Source: Magnetospirillum sp. (GTDB lineage: Bacteria > Pseudomonadota > Alphaproteobacteria > Rhodospirillales > Magnetospirillaceae). From it: a DNA stretch of 57,999 nt. The notes under the pieces are model-generated. The model ran no database searches. It was given only the letters and a program-made list of their open reading frames with translations, and was not told where the DNA came from. Positions 30,816 through 39,884 of the stretch are shown here, piece after piece (the first letter of the stretch is position 1; each line of letters starts with the position of its first letter). Where the stretch lies: contig DATGXU010000244.1 in the NCBI GenBank assembly GCA_035298685.1, positions 1 through 57,999 on the forward strand. The letters are read 5' to 3'. Position numbers and translations under genes: made by a program.

Positions 30816-32600
30816 ATGAGCCTTGATCAAGTGATCATCTTCGCCATCATCGGCGCGATGATGGCCTTGTTCATTTGGAACCGGCTCCGCTATGACCTGA
30901 TCGCCGCGCTTGGGCTGCTCACCGCCATGGGCACCGGAATCGTCCCTGTGAGTCAGGCTTTCCTGGGCTTTGCCGATCAAGTCGTCATCATTGTCGCCTC
31001 GGCCCTGATCGTCAGTGCGGGCATCGGCAAGTCGAACGTGATTGCCGGACTCATCCGCCGGCTCCAGCCCGCGATGACGACGACCGGCCGGCAGGTCGCT
31101 GTACTGACGGTAAGCGTGACCGTCCTGTCCTCCCTGATGAAGAATGTGGGTGCCTTGGCCGTCTTTCTGCCCATCGCCGTGCAAATGGCCCGGCGGACCG
31201 GCACCCCGCCCTCCAAGCTGCTGATGCCTATGGCGTTCGGCTCGCTGATCGGCGGCCTGGTAACCCTGGTCGGCACGTCGCCCAATATCCTGGTGTCGCG
31301 GGTGCGGGCGGAAATCCTCGGGATGCCGTTCCGCATGTTCGATTTTGCCCCGGTGGGGCTGGCAATCGTCGTCGCCGGGCTTGCATTCCTGCTGGTGGGC
31401 TGGCGTCTGTTGCCGGGAGACCGGCGCGGCCGGACCGAAGCCGAGGGAGCATTCAATCTGGCCCCCTATCTGTTCGAGGCGAGCCTTCCCCCCGCATCGC
31501 CTTTGGTCGGCAAGACCATCGGAGAACTCGAAGCCTTGGGGCAGGGAGAGGTGGCCGTGGTCGCCATCGTCCGCGAAAATACGAGGCGCCACCTCCCAAC
31601 AGCGGATTGGAGGCTATCCACGGACGATCTCCTCGTCATTCAGAGCCACCCCCACGCGCTTCGGCGCTTCGTGGACGCGACGAAGTTGGATCTGGGCGGC
31701 AGCACGTCCGCGAACCGGAGGGAGGTGGCCGAGGGAACGATCGGTGTGGTGGAGGCGGTGGTGACCCCCAACTCCTTGCTGGTCGAATGTTCCTCGGCCG
31801 ATCTCCACCTGCGCAGCCGCCATGGCTTGAGTCTGATCGCCATCAGCCGCCAGGGCCAGGACATCACCACCCATCTTCGCGACGTCCCCTTCCAGGCCGG
31901 CGACGTGCTGGTCCTGCAAGGGAACGCCGAAGTGATGCTGGAGACGCTCAAGGTGCTGGGATGCCTGCCTCTGGTCGATCGCGGCACCGGTCTGGGGCGC
32001 AGTCCCCGCGACGTACTGCCGCTCTTTCTCTTGGCAGGGGCAATGGCTGCGGTGACCTTGGGCCTGATTCCGGTGACCGCCGCGTTTTTCGGGGCGGCCG
32101 TGCTTACGGCTCTCCTCGGGGTATTGACCCTCAAGGAAGCCTATGACGCGCTCGATCTCCCGATCCTGGTCTTGCTGGCCTGCATGATCCCGGTCAGCGA
32201 TGCCATCAACCAGACCGGGGGAGCCGACCTGATGGCCGGCGGCCTTGCCGTGCTGGCCGGCAAGTTGCCGCCCGCGGGCGCCGTGTCGATGGTGTTGGTG
32301 GCAGCGATGGCCGTGACGCCGTTCCTCAACAACGCCGCCACCGTTCTCATCATGGCGCCGGTGGGCGCCAGTCTTGCCCGGAAGCTGGGGTTGAACCCCG
32401 ATCCCTTCCTGATGGCCGTCGCCGTCGGTGCCGCCTGTGATTTCCTGACGCCCATCGGCCACCAGTGCAACACGCTGGTCATGGGACCGGGCGGCTACCG
32501 CTTCGGCGACTACTGGAAGCTGGGGCTGCCTCTCTCGATCATCGTCGTGATCGTCGGGTCCGTTCTGATCCCGCTGTTCTGGCCCCTGACTTCAGGCTAG
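30816..32600 (+). CDS. SLC13-family permease with TrkA-C domains
   Basis: TLVGTSPN, FLNNAAT, FLTPIGHQCNTLVMGPGGYRFGDY. Confidence 0.9.
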   Translation: MSLDQVIIFAIIGAMMALFIWNRLRYDLIAALGLLTAMGTGIVPVSQAFLGFADQVVIIVASALIVSAGIGKSNVIAGLIRRLQPAMTTTGRQVAVLTVSVTVLSSLMKNVGALAVFLPIAVQMARRTGTPPSKLLMPMAFGSLIGGLVTLVGTSPNILVSRVRAEILGMPFRMFDFAPVGLAIVVAGLAFLLVGWRLLPGDRRGRTEAEGAFNLAPYLFEASLPPASPLVGKTIGELEALGQGEVAVVAIVRENTRRHLPTADWRLSTDDLLVIQSHPHALRRFVDATKLDLGGSTSANRREVAEGTIGVVEAVVTPNSLLVECSSADLHLRSRHGLSLIAISRQGQDITTHLRDVPFQAGDVLVLQGNAEVMLETLKVLGCLPLVDRGTGLGRSPRDVLPLFLLAGAMAAVTLGLIPVTAAFFGAAVLTALLGVLTLKEAYDALDLPILVLLACMIPVSDAINQTGGADLMAGGLAVLAGKLPPAGAVSMVLVAAMAVTPFLNNAATVLIMAPVGASLARKLGLNPDPFLMAVAVGAACDFLTPIGHQCNTLVMGPGGYRFGDYWKLGLPLSIIVVIVGSVLIPLFWPLTSG

Positions 32601-32880
32601 GCGAACTCCACCGCCATGGTGGCGAAGTGGGCAACGGCGCCCGCCAGCGGCCAACGTTGGAACGGCCCTCATCCTGGCTGCAAGGCGGCTGACGGCGTGG
32701 CGGCGAGGCGCGTCTGCGCTCCCAGTCGCCGCTTCAGAACTGCCAAGACGTATTCGTCGCGTTGGGCCGAGCCGTCGCGTTTGTAGAGTGCCATGCGTCC
32801 AAGTCCTCAAGACTTGGGGCGAAAGCCGGGAAATCACCCCCAGTCCCCCCCCAGTTGCTTCAGGCTCTCGGACAAATCCT

Positions 32881-32915
32881 CTTCGATCCGGAATTCCTCG
32901 GCCGCGTCGCCAACC
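32881..32915 (+). repeat. Inverted, diverged 35-bp fragment of guaA coding sequence
   Basis: 30/35 identical to the reverse complement of 51214..51248; reads [11 protein letters not shown] vs Gua[12 protein letters not shown]. Confidence 0.8.
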
Positions 32916-32954
32916 AGCGTCATCGCCCCAGGTCCTTGGCATCAAAGGAAAATT

Positions 32955-33037
<83 letters not shown>

Positions 33038-33129
33038 GGAGATTCCAGCGCACAAACCGCAGAACGCCTAGCATTTCCGCCGTTCCTAGAGACAGGAGGA
33101 GCCTAAAATCGCCCCTCGGCGACAGGGGA

Positions 33130-33153
33130 GTCACCACAAAATCCACCACAGTC
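33130..33153 (+). repeat. Putative integrase arm-type site, left copy
   Basis: GTCACCACAAAATCCACCACAGTC, identical to 51031..51054; both copies lie just inside the att repeats. Confidence 0.8.
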
Positions 33154-33192
33154 CCCCACTCACCTCAGTGAGGCTGTTTAAGCAGGCACGGG

Positions 33193-33648
33193 TTAATGAC
33201 GCGAAAACAGTCTACCCCAGAAACCCACCGGCCGTTCGGCCGTGGGCGACGGCAATAGTCGCTGAATTTCCGCCCGAAGTGCTGATAGCTCGCCCTCCAT
33301 CCGCCGGCGATCCTCAGCCTCACGTTCCGCGCGCGCCTCAGCCTTCGCCAACTGATCCTTCAGCAACGCGATCAGCTCGCCTTCGGCTGAAATGGCAGGC
33401 GGTTGGCCGGTTGTCGTGTCGCGGGCGTCCGGATCGGTCGCGTCGTCGACTTTGCCTTTCTGAAGCATCCGGTGGTCGCCAAAGACACGCGCCAGCTCAG
33501 CAATGCTGATAAGGACCTGTCAGCCGACGCGACTGACTTCGGTTTCGGCGATCTGGCCCTTCTCGATTTTGCGCTGAATGGTGCGCACGGACACCTGAAA
33601 CGCCTTGGCGGCATCCGTCAGGTTCACGCGGGCGACAGTGTTGGACAT
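33193..33648 (-). pseudogene. HTH/coiled-coil DNA-binding protein (plasmid Par-like) interrupted by an in-frame TGA
   Basis: ATG 33648 MSNTVARVNLTDAAKAFQVSVRTIQRKIEKG (HTH); TGA at 33520..33522; the same frame continues into ORF 33193..33468, ending GFWGRLFSRH. Confidence 0.75.
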
Positions 33649-33847
33649 AGTGTGTCAGAGTTAAGAAATGAAGCGCGACAATATGGCGCATTCATATAGA
33701 TTCTGCCTTTTGCCGGTGCATTTTTCAATGTGACGCGACACATTTTGTCTTGAAGGTTTTTCACATTCTATTGAAATAAGCAGAAGCAACTGCTAATATA
33801 ATGGCGAACGATACCCCATGAATGGGAAACCCGCCTCAGGGCAAACG

Positions 33848-33882
33848 AAAAACACACCCGCTTCGAATAAGGTGTGTTTTTT
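33848..33882. terminator. Bidirectional terminator-like hairpin
   Basis: AAAAACACACC-N12-GGTGTGTTTTTT. Confidence 0.65.
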
Positions 33883-34153
33883 GGTTCTACAGCCCAAGGG
33901 CAATTTTCAGCACCTCGATTAGTGCTGCGGCGAGAATTGCTAGCGCCAAGTCATGAACAATACCCATGGCAGGGTGTAACCCGGCTCATTTTAGTGAGCG
34001 GGAGCGCAGGTTAATTTCCCGCTACCCGCCCCAACAGGGCAGGATTCAGGGGCTTTCACCCTTTCCACCGCCACGAAGGCGGCTGCCGACATTATATTTA
34101 TTTGGCTTCAATAAGCAAATTTTCGGAAATCAGAGAAAATGTCGCGCAAAAAT

Positions 34154-34182
34154 TTGACTTTTTTAAATCAAAAGAATATAAT
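34154..34182 (+). promoter_or_regulatory. Near-consensus sigma70 promoter
   Basis: TTGACT-N17-TATAAT. Confidence 0.8.
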
Positions 34183-34188
34183 GTTAAC

Positions 34189-34750
34189 GTCACTTGATTT
34201 CTGCACAATTCTTTGTTGGCCCGCTAAACGACAGGGATTTGTGCAGAATATAAGCTTTTGTGGTTATTTTGCACGGCATCAAGTGAATGACACCTTTCTG
34301 TTTAGCGGCAGAATGGTGTTTTTTTATGTTTTCGGCCCACCGAAGATATGAAAAAGCATCATGCTTTGGGTTTAGGCGCTACGAGTATGCCTGTTGAGGC
34401 GTAGGATCAAAGCCAAGCGGTTCGGGAGGTACGGCACCCATTTGAAGACCGTATGCCGCTCAGTATCACAGGATTTGTGACGGGAACTCAGGCTCATTAT
34501 ACGGTGTTGCCCCGCAAATTAACTGTCATCCGCAATCTTAGTTCGTTCTCCAACGTGATCTAGACACAGACGAGGACACAGGAACTACCAGGGCGACTGC
34601 CCTGGCCTAGCTTCTTAAACGATGCCCAATGGCGTCTTTTAAAAGATTTGGGAGAGTGCGGAGAGGGTAATTTGCTCTAAAAATCTAGGTCTATAACCGG
34701 TGTTGCCCTTTGGGCTTTTCTGACACTGACAGTTATAGAATCATCTAGAG
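34189..34750 (+). ncRNA. Putative large structured non-coding RNA (family unknown)
   Basis: Starts at the expected +1 of the promoter; no ORF of 60 aa or more starts downstream; consecutive stems with plus-strand G-U wobbles; 8-nt loop-loop complementarity; 3' end approximate. Confidence 0.6.
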
Positions 34751-34764
34751 AGAATAGGGACTTT

Positions 34765-35619
34765 CTAAACGGAAAATATTGTTGAATGGCTTCCGTCTGC
34801 GGTTATCCAGCCATTGCCAAAATCTTCCTTCACGGCTGATTGCAGATTAAACGCCACCAGCGGCAGGAAATCGGCGAAGTCCGGAAGCTGAAGCAGGCGC
34901 TTTCGGGTGCTGTCCAGGGTGGTTTGGTTCTCATGCACCGACAGAATGAAGTTCGGGCTTGGGTGCTGGTATTTCGCCGCGAACAGCCCCTTGGAAACCG
35001 CCGTGATGTGCCGGTTGAGCTGTTCCGTGATCTTGGCGCTTTCCCAATTGTTATGGATTTCCACCACGCACAGGCGCCGCTTTTCGCCGATCTGAACCCG
35101 AAACACGCCATCGGCGATGATGTTCAGGGTTTCCGTGCGAACCTGGGTCTTGGCCGTCAACGGCCTGCCGCTGCGCTGCGCGCCGATCTTCTCGAAATAG
35201 GCGTCCACGAATTCGACCTGGCTGCCGGTGGCCGAGGCCCATTTGCGCAGGGCAATGTGGAAGTCCACGAAGGCGAGGCGGTGGAAATAATCGTGGGTGA
35301 ACTGGATGCCGCCCACCGGGAAGCGGATGGCCTCGGGATCGAGGCGCAAATGCTCAGCCAGGATGCCGGCGCCGCGTTGGGTGAGAGCGTAAACGCGTGA
35401 CAGAGCCCCTTTGGTGGGGTGGGTCGGAAACTGCACGTAGCGCACCAGCGGCCGGCTTTTGCTCAGCAAACGCGGCAACACCCGGTCGCGGATGTTCTTG
35501 GCGCTGGACAGCACGCCAATGTCGGCGAGCTGCTGCGCGGTCAGGTATTGATAGGTCGCCAAAGCTTCCAAGGCGGCAAAGCCGCTCTCTTGGATGACTT
35601 CGAAGCTGTCTTTGGTCAT
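34765..35619 (-). CDS. Replication-relaxation (Replic_Relax)-like protein: wHTH plus PD-(D/E)xK-type nuclease
   Basis: YQYLTAQQL, VYALTQRGA, FHRLAFVDF, IADG...VVEIH pattern; directly downstream of a coupling ATPase. Confidence 0.75.
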   Translation of the reverse strand: MTKDSFEVIQESGFAALEALATYQYLTAQQLADIGVLSSAKNIRDRVLPRLLSKSRPLVRYVQFPTHPTKGALSRVYALTQRGAGILAEHLRLDPEAIRFPVGGIQFTHDYFHRLAFVDFHIALRKWASATGSQVEFVDAYFEKIGAQRSGRPLTAKTQVRTETLNIIADGVFRVQIGEKRRLCVVEIHNNWESAKITEQLNRHITAVSKGLFAAKYQHPSPNFILSVHENQTTLDSTRKRLLQLPDFADFLPLVAFNLQSAVKEDFGNGWITADGSHSTIFSV

Positions 35620-35629
35620 GGTCGAGGGA

Positions 35630-37375
35630 TTACAGGTCGATAGGTTGCGGGAGGCGGCGCCGCTTCGGCTCGCTGGAAGGGATTTCCAGGCCGCTGGGGG
35701 CGTTTTCCGGGGTGAGCGGGCGGTAATAGCGGGCAAGCTGTCCCTTGATCGTCTCAGCCCATTTATCGGCCCTCATGCCGTTGCGTTTGCCCAACAGGTG
35801 CGCCGGCATCTTCGCCTTCACGCTCGGGCGGTTGCCGGCCTTGATGTGGAACTCGCCTGTCTCCAGGCCTTGCAGCTCCTCCAGGTTGGCGCCCGTTTCC
35901 TTGGCGATGGCCGACAGGGTAGCGAGGGCGTTCTTGCCGGTCATTTTGACGGCGGTGTTGGAAAGCACGATGGCCTTGAGCTGAGCGCCCATGTTCTGGC
36001 CGAGAATTTGACTGGCGAGGGTGGCGAACAGCTTGTATTTCCGCGCCTCGGTCAGGATTTTCTCGATGCTGTCAGAAATGTAGAGCTGACACTCGTCCAC
36101 GAACAGGTGGATGGGCACCCGTTTGTGTTCGTCGATGCGGGCGCGCTGGATGGCGAAGCTCTGAAGCTTGGCGATGATGAAGCGGCCGATGGTTTCGCTG
36201 GTATCGTCGCCGATGGTGCCGCGCGAGAGGTTGAAGACGATCAGCGCCCGCCGATTGATGGCTTCCTCCAGGTCGAAGGTGCTGGGGCCGGCGAGGAAAT
36301 GCAGAAACACCTGCGAGTTCAGCAGGCTTTGAATTTTGGTGCGCAGGCTCTGCTTGGTGGGGCCGTAGGCGTCCTTGCCGAAATCCACCGCCAGGAAATG
36401 GCGCTGGGCGGGGTTGGGGAGCATGCGCTGCGCGAAGTGCAGCAGGTCGGCGTTCTCGTCGTCGTCCATGAACCGCATCAGGTCCAGGATGGTGGACCCG
36501 TCCCGCAACAGCAGCGTGGCGATGCACGGCTTCAGCACCGTCTCCATCTGGAGCGTGAAGCCGGTATCCATGATCTCGCGGAACACGGAAACAAGCTCCT
36601 GTGTCGCGACATCCACCGCCATGGGCGAGCGGTCCTTGATCTCGAAGGGATTGAACACGGGCGTGTGCTGGGGCGACAGCGCCGGGTCGATATAGACCAG
36701 TCGGCCGTTTTCCGCGTTCTCCCGGAACCGCGCTACCTGTTCGGCGAAATCGCCATGGGGATCGAGAACGACGACAGCGGCCGAGGTGTCGCGCGTCAGG
36801 TAGTGGTGAATGATGACCTTGATGGCTTCGGTCTTGCCGCTACCACTACCGCCGCTGATGTAGGTGTGTCGCCGCCGGTCGTCCTCCCGGATGGGCAGGC
36901 GATGGGCTTTCAAAAAAAAAGCCGCTTCGTTGCGCGGTAAGGCGCTTTGGCAATACCGGACATACCCCGGAACATCCGGGCTAAAGCGCGATATCACCAG
37001 TTTTTGGAGGCGCGTTTCTTGGGCATAGGTTGAGAGTTGTTCATGATAAAGAGCCTTCGCCTTGGCGAGCCGGTAAGCCCGCCACGCCATTTCTTCCTTG
37101 GCGCTGGCGAAGGCGGGAGGGTCGGAAAACAGCCCCGGGTCAGTGGGGGTGGGTTCTTCCGGCTTCTGGTAGCTGGCCTGAAACCGCCGTTTGAAGCTTT
37201 CCAGGCTGTCCATTTTGCCGGTCTGCCGGGCCATGTTCTCGAACAGGTGGCGCGACAGGTCGGGGTTGTCGGCAAGGGCAAAGGCGCCGCCATCGATGGG
37301 CGGCGGCTCCTCGTCCAGAGAACCGACGATCTCCGTCAGGATGCGGCGTAATTCGGCCATGTCCGAATGTGTCAT
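35630..37375 (-). CDS. TraD/VirD4/TrwB-like coupling ATPase (FtsK-HerA superfamily)
   Basis: RRRHTYISGGSGSGKT Walker A, LDPHGD, LFVDECQ Walker B, EARKY, SQ motif. Confidence 0.88.
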   Translation of the reverse strand: MTHSDMAELRRILTEIVGSLDEEPPPIDGGAFALADNPDLSRHLFENMARQTGKMDSLESFKRRFQASYQKPEEPTPTDPGLFSDPPAFASAKEEMAWRAYRLAKAKALYHEQLSTYAQETRLQKLVISRFSPDVPGYVRYCQSALPRNEAAFFLKAHRLPIREDDRRRHTYISGGSGSGKTEAIKVIIHHYLTRDTSAAVVVLDPHGDFAEQVARFRENAENGRLVYIDPALSPQHTPVFNPFEIKDRSPMAVDVATQELVSVFREIMDTGFTLQMETVLKPCIATLLLRDGSTILDLMRFMDDDENADLLHFAQRMLPNPAQRHFLAVDFGKDAYGPTKQSLRTKIQSLLNSQVFLHFLAGPSTFDLEEAINRRALIVFNLSRGTIGDDTSETIGRFIIAKLQSFAIQRARIDEHKRVPIHLFVDECQLYISDSIEKILTEARKYKLFATLASQILGQNMGAQLKAIVLSNTAVKMTGKNALATLSAIAKETGANLEELQGLETGEFHIKAGNRPSVKAKMPAHLLGKRNGMRADKWAETIKGQLARYYRPLTPENAPSGLEIPSSEPKRRRLPQPIDL

Positions 37376-37618
37376 GCGCGACCTATCACCGGGGCGTTAG
37401 ATGCGGCTTCTGCTGCGGTTTCGGAAAGTCGGAATATCTTTTGAAACTAAGGACGTAATGCGTCAAACGCAATTAGATTAATCCTCCTCTCCACCCTTCT
37501 CCCAAGATGTCTCAGTCCGTCCGTGCCGTGCGCGCCTCCGCCGCCTTCATCGGCTTCGGCTTGCCCGTCCCGTTCAGCCTGTTCCATCTTGCTCGCTAGG
37601 GCCCGTCGTCGGGTTGCA

Positions 37619-37729
37619 GGGGCTCCGCCCCCACACCCCCGGCACAGCGAGGGGAAAGGGACGGATGGATCGGCGGGATTGGGATTGTGTTGGGGGATGG
37701 CGTTTTGCCGTGAGTATTTTAGCAAAACG
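37619..37729. other. Candidate oriT/nick region
   Basis: In the 366-bp gap within the mobilisation operon: GGGGC-TCC-GCCCC hairpin followed by ACACCCCC, and inverted repeat CGTTTTGC/GCAAAACG. Confidence 0.35.
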
Positions 37730-37741
37730 AAATATTTCCCG

Positions 37742-38395
37742 CTAGGCGTTCTCCTCGGATTCGAATTTCCGCCAGAGCTGCAACAACTCGTCCTCGCCCA
37801 TATCCAGGCCGGATGTTGCCCGCCATTCCCGAGCCTGAAGCCACAGGACGAAATCCAAGATTTTCTGTTCGGCGTATTTGCCGACATCCACCTTGGCACT
37901 GTGGGCCGTCGCCTCCATGGCGCGGCCATGGTCGGCGGCGGCACGGCTTTCCGAGAGGTGCGCCATGGTCGCCTCATGCCGGTGATTTGCCGCCTGCTGA
38001 GCCCCTGAAAGCTGCCCGGCGATGATTGCCATGGCCCGCTCATGCTCGCGTTGCCGTGCGGCCTCCTGATGGGCGAGTTTGGTTTGCACAATGTCCGTCA
38101 GCCGGCCCAGCAGGTTTTCCGTCATGGCAGCACCCTGCCGCATCTCCTCGTCCAGGATGGTGTTGAGCGTCTGACCGAAACTTTCATGCTGGCGAGCGAC
38201 CGAACCGGCAAACAGGTCGGTCAACGCGGTCGCGGCTCGGATCGGAGCGGCCTCGATCTCGATGCGCGCCAGTTCGACGCTGGTCTGATGGTCCTCGGCG
38301 AGCGCCCGCATGCGTTCTGCCTCCCTGGCTTGCTCGTGCTCCAGCGCCAGCCGGTGCTTTTCCCCCTCAAGCCGCAGGCGCTCTTCGTATTCCAT
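37742..38395 (-). CDS. Hypothetical coiled-coil protein
   Basis: GGAGG RBS before ATG 38395; E/R/Q/H-rich helices; 4 nt after the previous stop. Confidence 0.75.
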   Translation of the reverse strand: MEYEERLRLEGEKHRLALEHEQAREAERMRALAEDHQTSVELARIEIEAAPIRAATALTDLFAGSVARQHESFGQTLNTILDEEMRQGAAMTENLLGRLTDIVQTKLAHQEAARQREHERAMAIIAGQLSGAQQAANHRHEATMAHLSESRAAADHGRAMEATAHSAKVDVGKYAEQKILDFVLWLQAREWRATSGLDMGEDELLQLWRKFESEENA

Positions 38396-38399
38396 GGCG

Positions 38400-39017
38400 T
38401 CAGCCCTCCAGCAAGCGAGATATCGCCGAGAGGATGTGCCCCATGCGCGCATTGTTGTGCGCCTGGGCGAAGCGGATTTGTTCCAGGATGCTGGCGTGGT
38501 GCTTTCGCTCCATGTCTACAAACCCCGCGCGCAACTCCTCCTGCTGCCGTTGCAACGCAAGCTGCCGCGCGTCCTGCCGGGCCTGGGCCTCGTCACGCAA
38601 AATCTGCTGATGCTGTGCCTGCATCAGCTCGTGCAATTTGTCGGTGAAGTAGTCTTGCGCGATGGTGTTGAGCGCAACCATCAATCCCGCCGTATAGGGA
38701 TCGTCATAGTTGGCCTTCGCCGCCGACTGAAAGCCCTGCTGCATGGCTTCGGTGGCGGCAATCATGGCGTCGAGGTGAGAAATGCCAAGCTCCTGCTGCC
38801 GGGCCTTGGCATCGCGGAAAATATCGACGTCGAATTTCTTCCTATTTTGGCCCCACTGCGCCGAGGCGTCCTGGCTGCCGCGCTGGTACTCGACCGCCTT
38901 TTGCTGCTGCGCCTGCTTGGCAGCAACCGCACCCCGAAGCTGCGCGATTTCCCGCAGGATGTCGCCATGTGGGCCGCTGAAGTCGCCCGGAACGGCCGGG
39001 AGGTTGTCACCGGCCAT
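38400..39017 (-). CDS. Hypothetical coiled-coil protein
   Basis: 205-aa Q/A-rich helical ORF in a tight operon. Confidence 0.75.
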   Translation of the reverse strand: MAGDNLPAVPGDFSGPHGDILREIAQLRGAVAAKQAQQQKAVEYQRGSQDASAQWGQNRKKFDVDIFRDAKARQQELGISHLDAMIAATEAMQQGFQSAAKANYDDPYTAGLMVALNTIAQDYFTDKLHELMQAQHQQILRDEAQARQDARQLALQRQQEELRAGFVDMERKHHASILEQIRFAQAHNNARMGHILSAISRLLEG

Positions 39018-39021
39018 GGCC

Positions 39022-39516
39022 TTAGCCCCCGTCCCGCAACTGCCGCTCCAGACCGGCTTTCACCTGGAGGAGTTCACGGCGTTCGGCATCTTCGCGGAGC
39101 TTCCGCGCGTTCTCCTCGGCAATCTGGCGCTTTTTGGCGTCCTTCTGTTCGGCAACAACCGTCTGGATAACTCCCCACGCGAGGCCTGCCACCAGCAGAG
39201 CGACAGCAAGCCCCGCCATCGCTTCCGCCTGCGGTAGCCATTCGCTTTGGAGGAGGTGGCGCTTGTCCCGGATGAAATACCAGTCCAGCGACAGAGTGGG
39301 GATGATGAGGAAAACAGCGGGGGACCAAAGCGCCAACTTCCACCGCCCGGCCTTGTCTTCCAGACCGAGAGCGGCGGCAATCTTGAATGGCACCAGTGAC
39401 AGCAGAACGGACCCAACCAAGGCGAACAGCGCAAACAGCCACTCGCTATGGAGCGACATTTTCCAAAGAAGGTCTGCGTAGCTGAACCAGATTGTTTTGG
39501 TGACTGCCGCGATCAT
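39022..39516 (-). CDS. Hypothetical membrane protein (about 3 TM helices plus charged tail)
   Basis: Three hydrophobic segments; first gene of a tightly spaced operon. Confidence 0.7.
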   Translation of the reverse strand: MIAAVTKTIWFSYADLLWKMSLHSEWLFALFALVGSVLLSLVPFKIAAALGLEDKAGRWKLALWSPAVFLIIPTLSLDWYFIRDKRHLLQSEWLPQAEAMAGLAVALLVAGLAWGVIQTVVAEQKDAKKRQIAEENARKLREDAERRELLQVKAGLERQLRDGG

Positions 39517-39595
39517 AGGACCCTTACCCGCACCTGTGTCGTGACCGCCAGCAGCATACCACGGCCATCCGAAGTTGGGAGTCCTTGCGCTGGCG

Positions 39596-39673
39596 CTACC
39601 TTTTGTTCAATGCGTCCTCGCTGTCGCCGATCCGCGCATACAGCATGCTGTAAGAGACATTCTGGCGCCCCAG
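39596..39673 (-). pseudogene. Orphan 3' end of a tyrosine recombinase gene (direct repeat of the end of 43713..44693)
   Basis: 39617..39652 vs 43743..43778 are 34/36 identical; translates LGRQNVSYSMLYARIGDSEDALNKR* vs LGHRNASYSMQYARIGDSELDKALNERK*. Confidence 0.85.
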
Positions 39674-39884
39674 ATTGGCAACCATAAGCATACTTTGTTC
39701 CTATTTATAAACCTCTTCAGTGGTGCAAATCTCATGTCCCATGCTGCAGCGCGTTTGGCGCGCCATGGATCGCGCTCGAATGCCACAAAACTTCAGCAAA
39801 ATACCATGGCCGCGTATTTGCGGCGCAGCATAGACGAAATGTGATCACACCAAGGACTTCATTTAAAAGCATGGTAGGTGACAA

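Noticed and set aside
33966-34351. Short ORFs 33966..34157 and 34139..34351 as a fragmented rep gene
   Set aside because: No Rep motifs or clear RBS, they straddle a consensus promoter, and the pairing pattern is better explained by RNA structure; a decayed gene is not fully excluded.
39677-39704. GGCAACCATAA-GCATAC-TTTGTTCCTAT as a partner dif-like site at the cassette edge
   Set aside because: Suggestive position, but the right arm lacks TTATG and symmetry is poor.
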